A stretch of DNA of 58,169 bases from Candidatus Xenobia bacterium. GTDB taxonomy: Bacteria > Vulcanimicrobiota > Xenobia > Xenobiales > QWHO01. The stretch covers positions 1 through 58,169 of the forward strand of contig BTUM01000051.1 of the NCBI GenBank assembly GCA_045863235.1, written 5' to 3'. Under the pieces are notes generated by a model. The model worked only from the letters and a program-made list of their open reading frames with translations, searched no databases and was not told the origin of the DNA. Position 1 is the first letter of the stretch; every line of letters starts with the position of its first letter. The translations under genes were made by a program, and so were the position numbers. This document shows, in pieces, positions 1 to 11,588 of the stretch.

Positions 1-115
1 TCCTGGCCGGGGACGGATCATGATCCGCTTGCGAGCCGGATCACGACGAACATGCGTTCCGGGATCCTGGCCGGGGACGGATCATGATCCGCTTGCGAGC
101 CGGATCACGACGAAC
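1..115. repeat. 51-bp direct repeat, period 64 bp (copies 1-51 and 65-115), with internal palindrome CGGATCATGATCCG; may continue left of the window
   Basis: Identical 51-mer TCCTGGCCGGGGACGGATCATGATCCGCTTGCGAGCCGGATCACGACGAAC at 1 and 65; related palindrome TTGATCCGGATCAA at 149-162. Confidence 0.9.
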
Positions 116-195
116 GCACGTTCTGCCGCACAGGCGACACGAGGGCTCTTGATCCGGATCAAAGACGAGCCCGCCCCAATGCGCATCATGGATGC

Positions 196-1152
196 ATGAC
201 CAACCTCGTCGCCTGCCCCCGCCAGGTTTCCACCTGCCTGACCCCCAGCAACGTCTGCCAGACCATCGGCCACACCCCGCTCGTGCCACTGGCGCGCTCG
301 AGTCAGGAAACCGGCTGCACGGTGCTGGCCAAGGCCGAGTATCTCAACCCCGGCGGCAGCATCAAGGACCGCATCGCCCACTTCATCCTCGACCAGGCCG
401 AGCGACGGGGCGAGCTCAAGCCGGGAGGCACCATCCTGGAGGTAACCAGCGGCAACACCGGCATCGCCCTGGCCATGCTGGGCGCCATGAAGGGCTATCG
501 GGTCGTGATCATGATGCCCAGCTCGGTGAGCCAGGAGCGGCGGAACATGATCCGCTCCTTCGGGGCCGAGCTGCACCTGCTCGAAGAATTGCTCCACATC
601 CAGTCGGCCGTGGTCCGGGCCGTGGAGATCGCCCGCCAGGATCCCCAGGTCTTTCTGCCCAGCCAGTTCTCCAACCCCGACAACCCGCTCTGCCACGAGC
701 TGACCACCGGGCCGGAGATCCTCACCCAGACTGGCGGCAAGCTCGACGCCTTCGTCATGGGGATCGGCACCGGCGGCACCCTGATGGGTGTGGGTCGCGC
801 CCTGCGTGCGGCCGGTTGCCCGGCCCAGCGGGTGGCGGTGGAGCCGGCCGAGTCAGCCGTGCTCTCGGGCGGCCCGCCCGGTTGTCACGGCATTCAGGGC
901 TTGGCGGACGGGTTCATCCCCGAGATCGTTCGCCGCCAGGAGATCGACCGCGTGGTCCAGATCCCCACCGCTGACGCCCGCGAGCGAGCCCGCCGGCTGG
1001 CCCTGGAGGAGGGCATCCTGGTCGGCATCTCATCCGGCGCCAACGTGCTGGCCGCCGAGCAGGTGGCTCGCGAGCTGGGTCCGGGGCACACCGTGGTGAC
1101 GGTGCTGTGCGACCGGGGGGAGCGCTATCTCAGCCTGGCTCCGTCGCTGTAA
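196..1152 (+). CDS. cysK: Cysteine synthase (PLP-dependent O-acetylserine sulfhydrylase family)
   Basis: IGHTPLV, KAEYLNPGGSIKDR (PLP lysine), TSGNTG, GIGTGGT, GISSGAN, DRGERYLS motifs. Confidence 0.93.
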   Translation: MTNLVACPRQVSTCLTPSNVCQTIGHTPLVPLARSSQETGCTVLAKAEYLNPGGSIKDRIAHFILDQAERRGELKPGGTILEVTSGNTGIALAMLGAMKGYRVVIMMPSSVSQERRNMIRSFGAELHLLEELLHIQSAVVRAVEIARQDPQVFLPSQFSNPDNPLCHELTTGPEILTQTGGKLDAFVMGIGTGGTLMGVGRALRAAGCPAQRVAVEPAESAVLSGGPPGCHGIQGLADGFIPEIVRRQEIDRVVQIPTADARERARRLALEEGILVGISSGANVLAAEQVARELGPGHTVVTVLCDRGERYLSLAPSL

Positions 1153-1231
1153 ACGCGCCGCCGAGCCTGTCCGGGCCGACCCGGTTGATCAGGTTGCCGG
1201 TTCGTTGAAACATCCTCGTCTGATCAACGCT

Positions 1232-1624
1232 TCATCCCGAAACACCCGGTAAGCCAGACCGTCCCGAATGCCCACCTGCCAGAGGATGCTCCCTTCGGGC
1301 TCGCGGGGGGCCTTCATCGTGCCCCGTGCAGATGTCCCTGGTGGTGCACGTCGCACACCGCGTCAATCGCCCTTCCCGCACGGCCTCGTACACCAGCGGG
1401 TGACTCAAGAACCCCCGCTCGCGGCTGATCATCCGGTGCAGCGAGCTCGAGGACAGCCCCAGCCGCTCCATGGCATAGTGCTTGAACCCGGCAAACCCCG
1501 CGTCGCGCCACAGGCTCATCCAGTCGAAAGTGAACAGCATCCGCCCCAGGTCAAGCTGCGGCCGGCGCCGACAGAGGGCCAGCTGGTCGATCATCGCCTG
1601 GCGCCGGTGGGGGTCTTCAGGCAA
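1232..1624 (-). pseudogene. Remnant of a DUF222-like/HNH endonuclease gene, internally deleted
   Basis: GFAGFKHYAMERLGLS...YEAVREGRLT resembles the N-terminal region of this family; an HNH-like C-terminal motif (VCDVHHQGHLH) follows in a different frame; no intact start. Confidence 0.5.
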
Positions 1625-1971
1625 AGAACTTCCCCCACAGATCCGCCCTCCAGGGGCTCATCATACCAGTCATGGCGCGGTTCCCATGGCCGATAGGACT
1701 CTCGCCAATTGTCAGTCCGATTGGTTTCCATAAATTCTACGACCTCTTTGCTAAGCGTGGTCTTCTCTGGTAACGTGACGTAGCAGTCTTCTGGGCCTTC
1801 CATGTTCGTGTAGGTCTTGATGAGCTTCTCCAAGATCTCCAGCGTCAGAGGGTCGTCCTCGGGATGGAACGTCATCTCATACGCGGTCTTGTAGTCACCG
1901 GCCGCGAGAAGGCGGATCCACTGGTCCACTACCTTAAGAACATCCTCTTTGTTCTTGGAGATCTTGATCAT
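1591..1971 (-). CDS. Putative toxin immunity-like protein, probably 3'-truncated at the HNH remnant
   Basis: Low-GC ORF (VDQWIRLLAAGDYKTAY); its ATG overlaps (ATGA) the stop of an upstream fragment ending YAKDNGLTIITVEGP*. Confidence 0.5.
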   Translation of the reverse strand: MIKISKNKEDVLKVVDQWIRLLAAGDYKTAYEMTFHPEDDPLTLEILEKLIKTYTNMEGPEDCYVTLPEKTTLSKEVVEFMETNRTDNWRESYRPWEPRHDWYDEPLEGGSVGEVLCLKTPTGARR

Positions 1972-1993
1972 GGACCCTCAACGGTGATGATGG

Positions 1994-2113
1994 TCAGGCC
2001 GTTGTCTTTCGCGTATTGCTTCCGATCCGAGCTATGTCCATTACCCGAATGCGCAGGCCACGGATACAAGGCCGCCCGCCGCAAACGTTGAGGTCGGAAG
2101 TAATGCGACACAT
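1994..2113 (-). pseudogene. DUF433 (TA antitoxin-type) N-terminal fragment
   Basis: 39-codon ORF MCRITSDLNVCGGRPCIRGLRIRVMDI..., matching the DUF433 pattern RIT.D..ICGGKPCIRG.RI.V.DI for about 27 aa and then losing similarity; too short for the ORF track. Confidence 0.7.
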
Positions 2114-2399
2114 GAAGCCTATTTCGTCTCGTCCGGCTGAGATCCTAGGGTCACACCGTTAGCGTGCAACCCGAAACAAGGTAAGTGACCTCTCGAGCAG
2201 CTTCACCTTCTCAAAAGTGCGTGATTTGCGCAATCCTGGGCCTTCAGCCGCGGAATACAAACGCCGTCCCAGAGTCAAGGGTAGACATGTTCACTCGCAC
2301 GAGATCCTGCGAATGGAGGGCGACAACTGGAATGAAACGGAGGCCGGATCGGCAACGCGGGGACGTGGTGTTGGGGACGCGTGGGGATGGGAAGCTACC

Positions 2400-2930
2400 C
2401 TACTTCGGATCACCTTCCCACGGGATGAGCGCTGCGTAGAAGCCAAGGTTGGGGTTACGGCAGTGTGTATCGGGCTCCTCACCGATAACAACTTCGCGAT
2501 CCAAAAACTCCTCCAGAGCAGGTATGAAGTCGCTGGCATCCATGCAGTAGGAGTCGCTATAGTCTCTGCCGGTGCTGGTTTCCACGATCAACGGCTGGCG
2601 GTGAGCCTCTTCTAGCCATTTCTCGGCTTCTGGAAACAACTCGGGTGTGACTTTCCCGGCAAACCAGGGCTTGAATCGGCAGAGTGTTATCGTAAAAGAA
2701 TGTCCCCGGGCCAGCGGGGGGAACTCCCCTCTGGCGACTCCACTCAGCCAAGCTTCGAGTTCATCCACACTCCGGATCCATCTCCATCCGACAGTCGACA
2801 CAGCGTGTCCATACAACTCCGCCATCAACTGGCCGTCCTCCGACAGCCATGCCTGGACCTTCTCGACGAACTCGGGATCTTTGTACGAACCGCCGCTCTT
2901 GAACACGCTACAGTCCCCTTCTGAACGCAT
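2400..2930 (-). CDS. Hypothetical protein (acidic, immunity-like)
   Basis: Plausible globular protein from MRSEGD (GGAG upstream); the longer track ORF overlaps an opposite-strand gene. Confidence 0.55.
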   Translation of the reverse strand: MRSEGDCSVFKSGGSYKDPEFVEKVQAWLSEDGQLMAELYGHAVSTVGWRWIRSVDELEAWLSGVARGEFPPLARGHSFTITLCRFKPWFAGKVTPELFPEAEKWLEEAHRQPLIVETSTGRDYSDSYCMDASDFIPALEEFLDREVVIGEEPDTHCRNPNLGFYAALIPWEGDPK

Positions 2931-3113
2931 TTCATCTCCCCTTTGTAAGGTTTGTAAGGTTTGCGGGCACAAAGGGGAACTGTACCAGGCAGGTGAAAAT
3001 TCCGGTCCGACGGGCGAGCGATGGAAAGAAGAGGGCGACGATCTTGCCCGGCTTCTTCCGTCTTCTTCCAGCACTGACTGAGAAATACGGCGAGGAAGCC
3101 GAAGGATAGCGAC

Positions 3114-3435
3114 ATGACTCCAGATGAAGTCTACATGGAATTCATCGACGGCTTGGTCAACACCCAACAGGGTAAGAAAACCCGAGTGGAGGGACAAGGA
3201 GCCGCCCAAGGTCAAAGAACTACTCAAGAATCTCTCCCCGGAACAGGTAGAAGTCGTTGCGGAGATGCTTGAAGGAGCTAGGACCAGCGCCATTCACGAT
3301 GTTTTGGTCTACTTGGAGTGGAAATACCAGATAAGTCGCAACGAGGTGGTCATCGATCCAGACTCCTTCAACCACTACTCCACCCTTCACCACGACTATA
3401 TGGCACGACTTATGGGTGATCCGTGGACATCATGA
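3114..3435 (+). pseudogene. DUF6547-like immunity-type protein with internal frameshift
   Basis: ATG 3114 with AAGGA RBS gives MTPDEVYMEFIDGLV; family-like C-terminal part (LLKNLSPEQVEVVAEMLEGARTSAIHDVLVYL...DYMARLMGDPW) is in another frame; family name is from recall. Confidence 0.6.
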
Positions 3436-3773
3436 ATCATCCCTGGCCAGATGAGGAATGGCAACTCGTAATCGATGGGGTCGCTGTTGGCACCCTGATA
3501 TTTGCAGACTGCGATCAACCGTCACATATCTGCGACTGGAAGCCTAGCCCTGATTTCTATAAGTATGCAAGCTACTTTCGGTGGGGCAGTGGTCAGGGGG
3601 AGGACTCCCTCAGCACCCGCGCGTCGTTGCGTCTTGGTTCGGAAGTTATTGTCCCGTACGTCATTTGGATAGACGAAGGAGCCACCACCGCACGGATGCG
3701 CTTGTCTCATGATGGGGCTATGAGAATAATGGCGCCTATGCGGAAATGGAGTCGCGATCAAGGAATTCTATAG
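3432..3773 (+). CDS. Hypothetical protein
   Basis: ATGA overlap with the previous stop; MNHPWPDEEWQLVIDGVAVGTL...DQP; low GC. Confidence 0.6.
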   Translation: MNHPWPDEEWQLVIDGVAVGTLIFADCDQPSHICDWKPSPDFYKYASYFRWGSGQGEDSLSTRASLRLGSEVIVPYVIWIDEGATTARMRLSHDGAMRIMAPMRKWSRDQGIL

Positions 3774-4276
3774 GAGGCTTCCCAGAAACGGCTTAACCGG
3801 GCCAATGAGCACGGTTTTCATTGGAGATCACCAGGAGATCAAAAAGGCCTCATGAACACTCGTTTAAGCTCGCCGTAGCAACGATCTGCGTGACTCGGAT
3901 AGACGCAGTGAGGAATGATACCAGGCGGGTACCAAGTCCGCAGAAATCCAGACCATCAGCCCGAATTCAGGCGAACTGGAAGGAGCGCAAAACCCTGTCA
4001 GGGAGACATTCCCACAGTCCCAAACGACCTCACCAGAACTCAGCCAAAGTGCCCCTTTGCGCACTCGGAATGAGCAGGTCACAGCCAGGGCGGCATCAGA
4101 GAAGTTGACCAGCATCAACGCCCCCATGAAACCCCGCAGGCTATGATAGTAGCGAGATCCAATCAAATCATACGTTAACTACGTTAACAATTCTTCAATA
4201 TACTTTAACATCTTTTAATATCCATATAGATCCATCGTCCCGCCTGACACGTTATGCTCTCCCCGAAAGGGAGTGA

Positions 4277-5125
4277 ATGCAACCGATGAGCGACAAGCCC
4301 GAAGAGGTCAAGAAAGTCAGCGCCGCCGAGCCGAGCCGGAACGAGCCGACGGCCCAGGTGGCCCCGCCCCCGCAGAACGACCAGGGGGCGGCCGCCCGCG
4401 CCAGCAACGGAGCCCGCGAGCTCGACGCGGGCAAGAGCACGCAGGTGGGGAACACCGACTACTTCGATGGACCCTCCCGGGTCACCGACGCCGACACGGT
4501 GGTGGAGCTGGGCCAGATCCTGGCCAATCGGGGCAAGGCCGACGTCACCATCGACTCCATGGCCCAGGAGCTGCGCAATCGCGGCTACCAGGTCGAGACC
4601 ACCACGGTGGACGGCAAGAAGGCCATCCGGTTTCAGAACGGGGACGTCTTCATCGATACCAGCGGCGACGGCCAGTTGGGCACCCAGGACGTCAACTTCC
4701 AGAAAGCCCTCAGCGCCGTGGAGCAAAAGCACGGCGTCAACCTCTCCGAGCTCAAGGGCGTGCTCAACGTGCTCGACCAGAAGCGAAAGCTCGAGCAGGC
4801 CCTCAAGAAGATGGGCGCTGGCGGCCTGGGAATGGCCAGCCTGCTGGGCGCCAACGGGCAAGAGCCGGGCGATCTCGCCGCCATCAAGCAGGTCCTGGCG
4901 GCCACCGACAAGGACATGCGCTGGGCCGGATACGACAAGCCGACCAGTGCCTTCGAGCTCTGGCAGCAGAGCGCGCTGACCCCGGAGCTGAGCAACCTGG
5001 GCCTGAGCTGGCCGGGCATCCCGACCGCCGAGGAGCTCTCTTACCGCCAGTCGCTGCAGGAATCAGCCGGACTCTTCGACCTGGCCTACGAGGTGGCCGG
5101 GAGGGTGGGTACGCATGGTCTGTGA
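4277..5125 (+). CDS. Hypothetical protein with low-complexity N-terminus and EF-hand-like loop (DTSGDGQLGTQD)
   Basis: GGGAG RBS, GC3-biased codon usage, AT-rich upstream region 4165-4230. Confidence 0.8.
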   Translation: MQPMSDKPEEVKKVSAAEPSRNEPTAQVAPPPQNDQGAAARASNGARELDAGKSTQVGNTDYFDGPSRVTDADTVVELGQILANRGKADVTIDSMAQELRNRGYQVETTTVDGKKAIRFQNGDVFIDTSGDGQLGTQDVNFQKALSAVEQKHGVNLSELKGVLNVLDQKRKLEQALKKMGAGGLGMASLLGANGQEPGDLAAIKQVLAATDKDMRWAGYDKPTSAFELWQQSALTPELSNLGLSWPGIPTAEELSYRQSLQESAGLFDLAYEVAGRVGTHGL

Positions 5126-5411
5126 GACGCTCAGCCAGGACCAGATCCTGGACATGATGGCCGACTTCGTGGACCGCGCGCGGCGCGTCAAGGAGCTGAA
5201 AGACACGCTGCTCTACGCCAACTTCTACGGCACGGCCGAGGAGGAGGAGAGGCTCTGGCTCGAGTGCCGGGCCTACGACGATACTCTGGCCGAGATCGAG
5301 CGCCTGCAGGGAGAGATGCTCGCCCTGCTCGACCGGGTGGTCGCCTTCCTCGGTTCGCATTCCGACCTCGTGCACCACATCTGCCAGAACGAGCACGTGC
5401 AGGCGGCCTGA
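5115..5411 (+). CDS. Hypothetical helical protein (98 aa)
   Basis: Overlaps the previous gene end and is coupled (TGATG) to the radical SAM gene. Confidence 0.75.
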   Translation: MVCETLSQDQILDMMADFVDRARRVKELKDTLLYANFYGTAEEEERLWLECRAYDDTLAEIERLQGEMLALLDRVVAFLGSHSDLVHHICQNEHVQAA

Positions 5412-7240
5412 TGGGAAAGCCCCGCGTTCTCCTGATCTTCCCGCCCCAGTGGACCCCTCTCAACCCGCATTTTGCCATGGCCACTCTGGGGGGGCACCTG
5501 CGCGAGCAGGGCTATCCGGTCAAGCTGCTGGACCTGAACGTGGGCTACTACCGGCGGGTGCTGAGCCGTCGCTTTCTGGAGCTCTCGCTGGCTCGCTCGC
5601 GCAACACCCGTGACTACCTGATCCCCAAGACCCTGCTCAACCTGCGCCGAGGGGCAAAAACTCCTCAGGCCCGGCGCGAGAACGTGCGCCTGGTGCACCT
5701 GGAGGAGGCCCTGGCGCGCGACCACAGCCTGACCCTGGAGCGCATCGACGAGGCCGTCTCGGTCTTCGACTCGCTCGAGAAGTTCTATGACCCGACACAG
5801 TTGACCGAGGCCTTCGTCACCATCGACCGGGCCCTGGATCTGGTTTCCCTCCCCTACTGGCCGGTGCGGGTCCACTTCAACGACCTGCAGATCCCGGCTC
5901 TGCCCCTGACCGTCGAGGCTGTGCGCGGATTTGCCCTCAATCAGGAAGAGAACCCCTTCCTGGAGTACTTCCGCTCTCGCCTGAGCGAGATCCAGGCCTT
6001 CCAGCCCGATGTCATCGGGATCTCCATCAACGGCCACGCTCAGCTCGTACCCGGCCTGACTCTGGCCGCCCTGCTCAAGAAGGCGGGCAGCTCCCACGTC
6101 ACGCTGGGGGGCAACCACCTGGTGCGCATCAAGGACGGCCTGCTGCGCTCGGGCGACTTCCTGGAGACCTTTGCCGACAGCGTCATCCTGGGCGAGGGGG
6201 AAGCCCCCCTCGACCGCCTGCTCGAGGTCATCGAGCACTCGCTCGACCTCTCCACCGTGCCCGGCCTGGTGCACCTTGATCGGGACCGTCGCGCGGCCTA
6301 CACCTTCGACGTGCCGGCCCGCCCCCTGGACGGGCGCTCGCGCCCTTCGCTGGAGGGTCTGCCCCTGCAGGACTACTTCAGCCCCGAGCTGGTGCTGACC
6401 ACCCGCACCAGCAAGGGCTGCTACTGGAAGAAGTGCACCTTCTGCGACACCGACTTCGGGGTCTGCCCGGACAACCGCTCCATTCAGGACCTGGTGGACG
6501 AGGTCGAGCACCTGCAGCGCAACTGGGGCGTGAAGAACTTCTGCTTCATCGACGAGAGCCTGGTGCCGCGCTACATGGAGCGCGTGGTGGAGGCGGTGGG
6601 CGAGCGGGGGCTGGAGTTCCACTGGTACGGCAACGCGCGCCTGGAGACCAGCTTCACCCGCGAACGCATGCAAGGCATGCGCCGGGGAGGACTCAGCATG
6701 CTGCTCTGGGGCCTGGAATCGGGCTCGGACAAGGTCATGCAGCTCATCAACAAGGGCATCAAGCTGCACCGCCGGCTGGACATCCTCAAGGACGCAAGCT
6801 CCGCCGGGGTATGGAACTTCTGTTACATCTTCTTTGGCTTCCCGGGCGAGAGCTGGGAGGACGGCATGGCCACCATCGAGATGATCGAGTCCAACACCGA
6901 CTGCATCCACTCCTACGGGCGCAGCGTCTTCACCCTCAACAAGCACGCCCGGCTGGCCACCGATCGGCTGGGGATCATCGATCTCGTGCAAGACAACGAG
7001 GAGCTGTCAGCCAACCTGGACTACCGGCTTCCCAACGGCCAGAGCAAGGAGCAGGCCCGCCGGCTGGCCGAGCTGTGCAAGCTGCGCTGCGCCGCGGCCT
7101 ATGGCGATCCTCTCTGGATGCACCTGCGCTACCGCGAGGTGATGCACCTCTACCTCAAGGAGCACGGGCGCGACTTCGTGGCTGGCTATCGCTTCGCTCC
7201 GCGTGCGCTGGCCGCTCTGGTGGGGGCGGACAATCCTTAG
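5411..7240 (+). CDS. Cobalamin-binding radical SAM protein (class B-like)
   Basis: N-terminal B12-binding region (VLLIFPPQW; PDVIGIS; VTLGG; VILGEGE) and CYWKKCTFC cluster motif; start at ATG 5411 overlapping the upstream TGA. Confidence 0.9.
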   Translation: MGKPRVLLIFPPQWTPLNPHFAMATLGGHLREQGYPVKLLDLNVGYYRRVLSRRFLELSLARSRNTRDYLIPKTLLNLRRGAKTPQARRENVRLVHLEEALARDHSLTLERIDEAVSVFDSLEKFYDPTQLTEAFVTIDRALDLVSLPYWPVRVHFNDLQIPALPLTVEAVRGFALNQEENPFLEYFRSRLSEIQAFQPDVIGISINGHAQLVPGLTLAALLKKAGSSHVTLGGNHLVRIKDGLLRSGDFLETFADSVILGEGEAPLDRLLEVIEHSLDLSTVPGLVHLDRDRRAAYTFDVPARPLDGRSRPSLEGLPLQDYFSPELVLTTRTSKGCYWKKCTFCDTDFGVCPDNRSIQDLVDEVEHLQRNWGVKNFCFIDESLVPRYMERVVEAVGERGLEFHWYGNARLETSFTRERMQGMRRGGLSMLLWGLESGSDKVMQLINKGIKLHRRLDILKDASSAGVWNFCYIFFGFPGESWEDGMATIEMIESNTDCIHSYGRSVFTLNKHARLATDRLGIIDLVQDNEELSANLDYRLPNGQSKEQARRLAELCKLRCAAAYGDPLWMHLRYREVMHLYLKEHGRDFVAGYRFAPRALAALVGADNP

Positions 7241-7245
7241 CAGAG

Positions 7246-7281
7246 TGATGCAAAAGTCCTCGAAGAGGGCTTTTGCATCAT
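7246..7281. terminator. Hairpin between convergent genes, probable bidirectional terminator
   Basis: TGATGCAAAAG-TCCTC-GAA-GAGGG-CTTTTGCATCA inverted repeat. Confidence 0.6.
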
Positions 7282-7379
7282 CCTGCGCTCAACAGATTGT
7301 CTAGCAGGCTGATGCCTACACAATATCTTGTGGTGGCGGAGCTATGCTTCGACACCACAACCGGTTTTGCATCAACCTG

Positions 7380-8732
7380 CTAGGTGGCTTTGCGCTTCTT
7401 CAGCACCGTCCCGCCCACCAGCACGTAGTCGTCGGCGCCCAGGTGGATGGTGGCTCCCGACTCCAGCTCCTTGCACCGGGACTTGAGGGCGTCGGGGCGC
7501 AGGGCGTAGACCTTCTTGCCACTGGACAGATAGACCTGATCCGCACCCAGCGCGAAGGGGACGAAGCCCGTGCCTTCCTTGGGGGTCTTGAAGCTCCAGA
7601 TGGTCTCCCCTTGAGGGCTCAGCGCGTGGACCTCGGCTGTGCTGGTGCCCCGGAAGGTCTGCGGATCCATCACATAAGAGGTGCCCACGGCATAGACGGT
7701 TCCGTCGGCTCCCACCTGCAGCGACTCCACCCGCATCCCCTGGCTCAGCTCCCGACCCCAGGCCAGTTGCCCCTGGCGGTCGAGAGCCACCACCTGGTAG
7801 GAGGTATCCTCCGTGGAAACCCCGCCGCCATAGAGCCTCTGACCGTCGGGCGAGACCGCCGGTGGGCACGAGAGCGGCGCCGCCTGCCCATCCAGGTGCT
7901 CTTTCCACGTCTCGGGAGGAAGCTGATCGATCCGGCGATGGGTCTTGCCCGACCAGACCCACTGCGTCTTGCCGTCCGGATCGAGCAGCTGGAGCGTGGA
8001 ATCGCCGTTGGTCAGAATGTGGTTGTCCGGGGTGACGGCCACGTGGGCGTTGAACCAGATGCGCTCCGGCTCGAGATCGCGAGACCAGAGCTTCTCGCCG
8101 CTCTGGAGATCGACGGCATAGAGGCGGCCGTTGCCGTTGAGCAAGAGCCGGCCCAGCCCATCCTGGACGAAGCGCCCCTTGACCTCACGGTCGTAGCAGG
8201 GCTGGGGCTCGAGCTCGCACAGCCAGGTCGTCTCTCCTCTGGCATCCAGGCGGTGCACCTGAGCTCCACTGCAGGGAGTGGCCACCACGCCGCCATCCGG
8301 CGTGGGCAGCGCCTCGTTGAAAACCGAGCTTCCCAGGTACTTGCTCCAGGACGTCTCCCCGTCGGGCTCGACCCGCGCCACCCCCCAGCTGCCCACCAGG
8401 TACCCCGAGCCGTCGGCGTTCACGATGGGTGGTGTTTGCAGCAGCTCGTGCTCCTGGCTTCCAAGCACAGTCCCCTGCTCGGCGGACAAGACCGCGTATC
8501 GGTTGGGCAGGTTGACCATCAACGAGTTGTCAGGAGCAACCCGCAGGTGCTGCACCTGCTGGTCGAGCTCCTGCTCCCAGGCCTTCACCAGGGAGTTGGC
8601 CACCGACTGCTCCTGAACTGCCTTCATGGCCACGGCCACGGGCACGGTTCCCGCGTAACCATCCGGATTTTGCTTTCGAGCAGCGCTCCGGGGGAGGCTG
8701 AAGGAGGGCAGAGTCAGGGCTTCTATACGCAC
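7380..8732 (-). CDS. PQQ-like/BamB-type beta-propeller repeat protein with N-terminal leader and DYVLVGG C-terminal motif
   Basis: Repeated ..A[LV]D..G...W motifs (AVDLQSGEKLW, ALDRQGQLAW, ALSPQGETIW). Confidence 0.8.
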   Translation of the reverse strand: MRIEALTLPSFSLPRSAARKQNPDGYAGTVPVAVAMKAVQEQSVANSLVKAWEQELDQQVQHLRVAPDNSLMVNLPNRYAVLSAEQGTVLGSQEHELLQTPPIVNADGSGYLVGSWGVARVEPDGETSWSKYLGSSVFNEALPTPDGGVVATPCSGAQVHRLDARGETTWLCELEPQPCYDREVKGRFVQDGLGRLLLNGNGRLYAVDLQSGEKLWSRDLEPERIWFNAHVAVTPDNHILTNGDSTLQLLDPDGKTQWVWSGKTHRRIDQLPPETWKEHLDGQAAPLSCPPAVSPDGQRLYGGGVSTEDTSYQVVALDRQGQLAWGRELSQGMRVESLQVGADGTVYAVGTSYVMDPQTFRGTSTAEVHALSPQGETIWSFKTPKEGTGFVPFALGADQVYLSSGKKVYALRPDALKSRCKELESGATIHLGADDYVLVGGTVLKKRKAT

Positions 8733-8738
8733 GGCCTG

Positions 8739-8771
8739 AAGCTATCCGCACCGGCTGAAATAAACCTGAAA
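8739..8771 (-). promoter_or_regulatory. Recurrent promoter box TTTCAG-N5-TTTCAG-N10-TAGCTT, 6 nt before GTG 8732
   Basis: Read directly; same architecture at six other sites. Confidence 0.75.
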
Positions 8772-8828
8772 CCAGACTCTTGACCGGGATCAATGCAGGC
8801 GGCCTCGACCGGGTTTATCCTGAAGCCT

Positions 8829-11581
<2,753 letters not shown>

Positions 11582-11588
<7 letters not shown>

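Noticed and set aside
1..115. Possible CRISPR array
   Set aside because: Repeat of 51 bp with only a 13-bp interval, two copies and no cas genes; geometry does not fit
2185..2615. Plus-strand ORFs 2185..2439 and 2217..2615
   Set aside because: Overlap the better minus-strand gene and lack recognisable features
3786..4166. ORFs 3821..4108(+) and 3864..4166(-)
   Set aside because: No family resemblance, weak starts, mutually overlapping; not called
7318..7333. NrdR box as a functional operator
   Set aside because: Single copy between convergent gene ends with no nrd gene; mentioned only as part of the structured element
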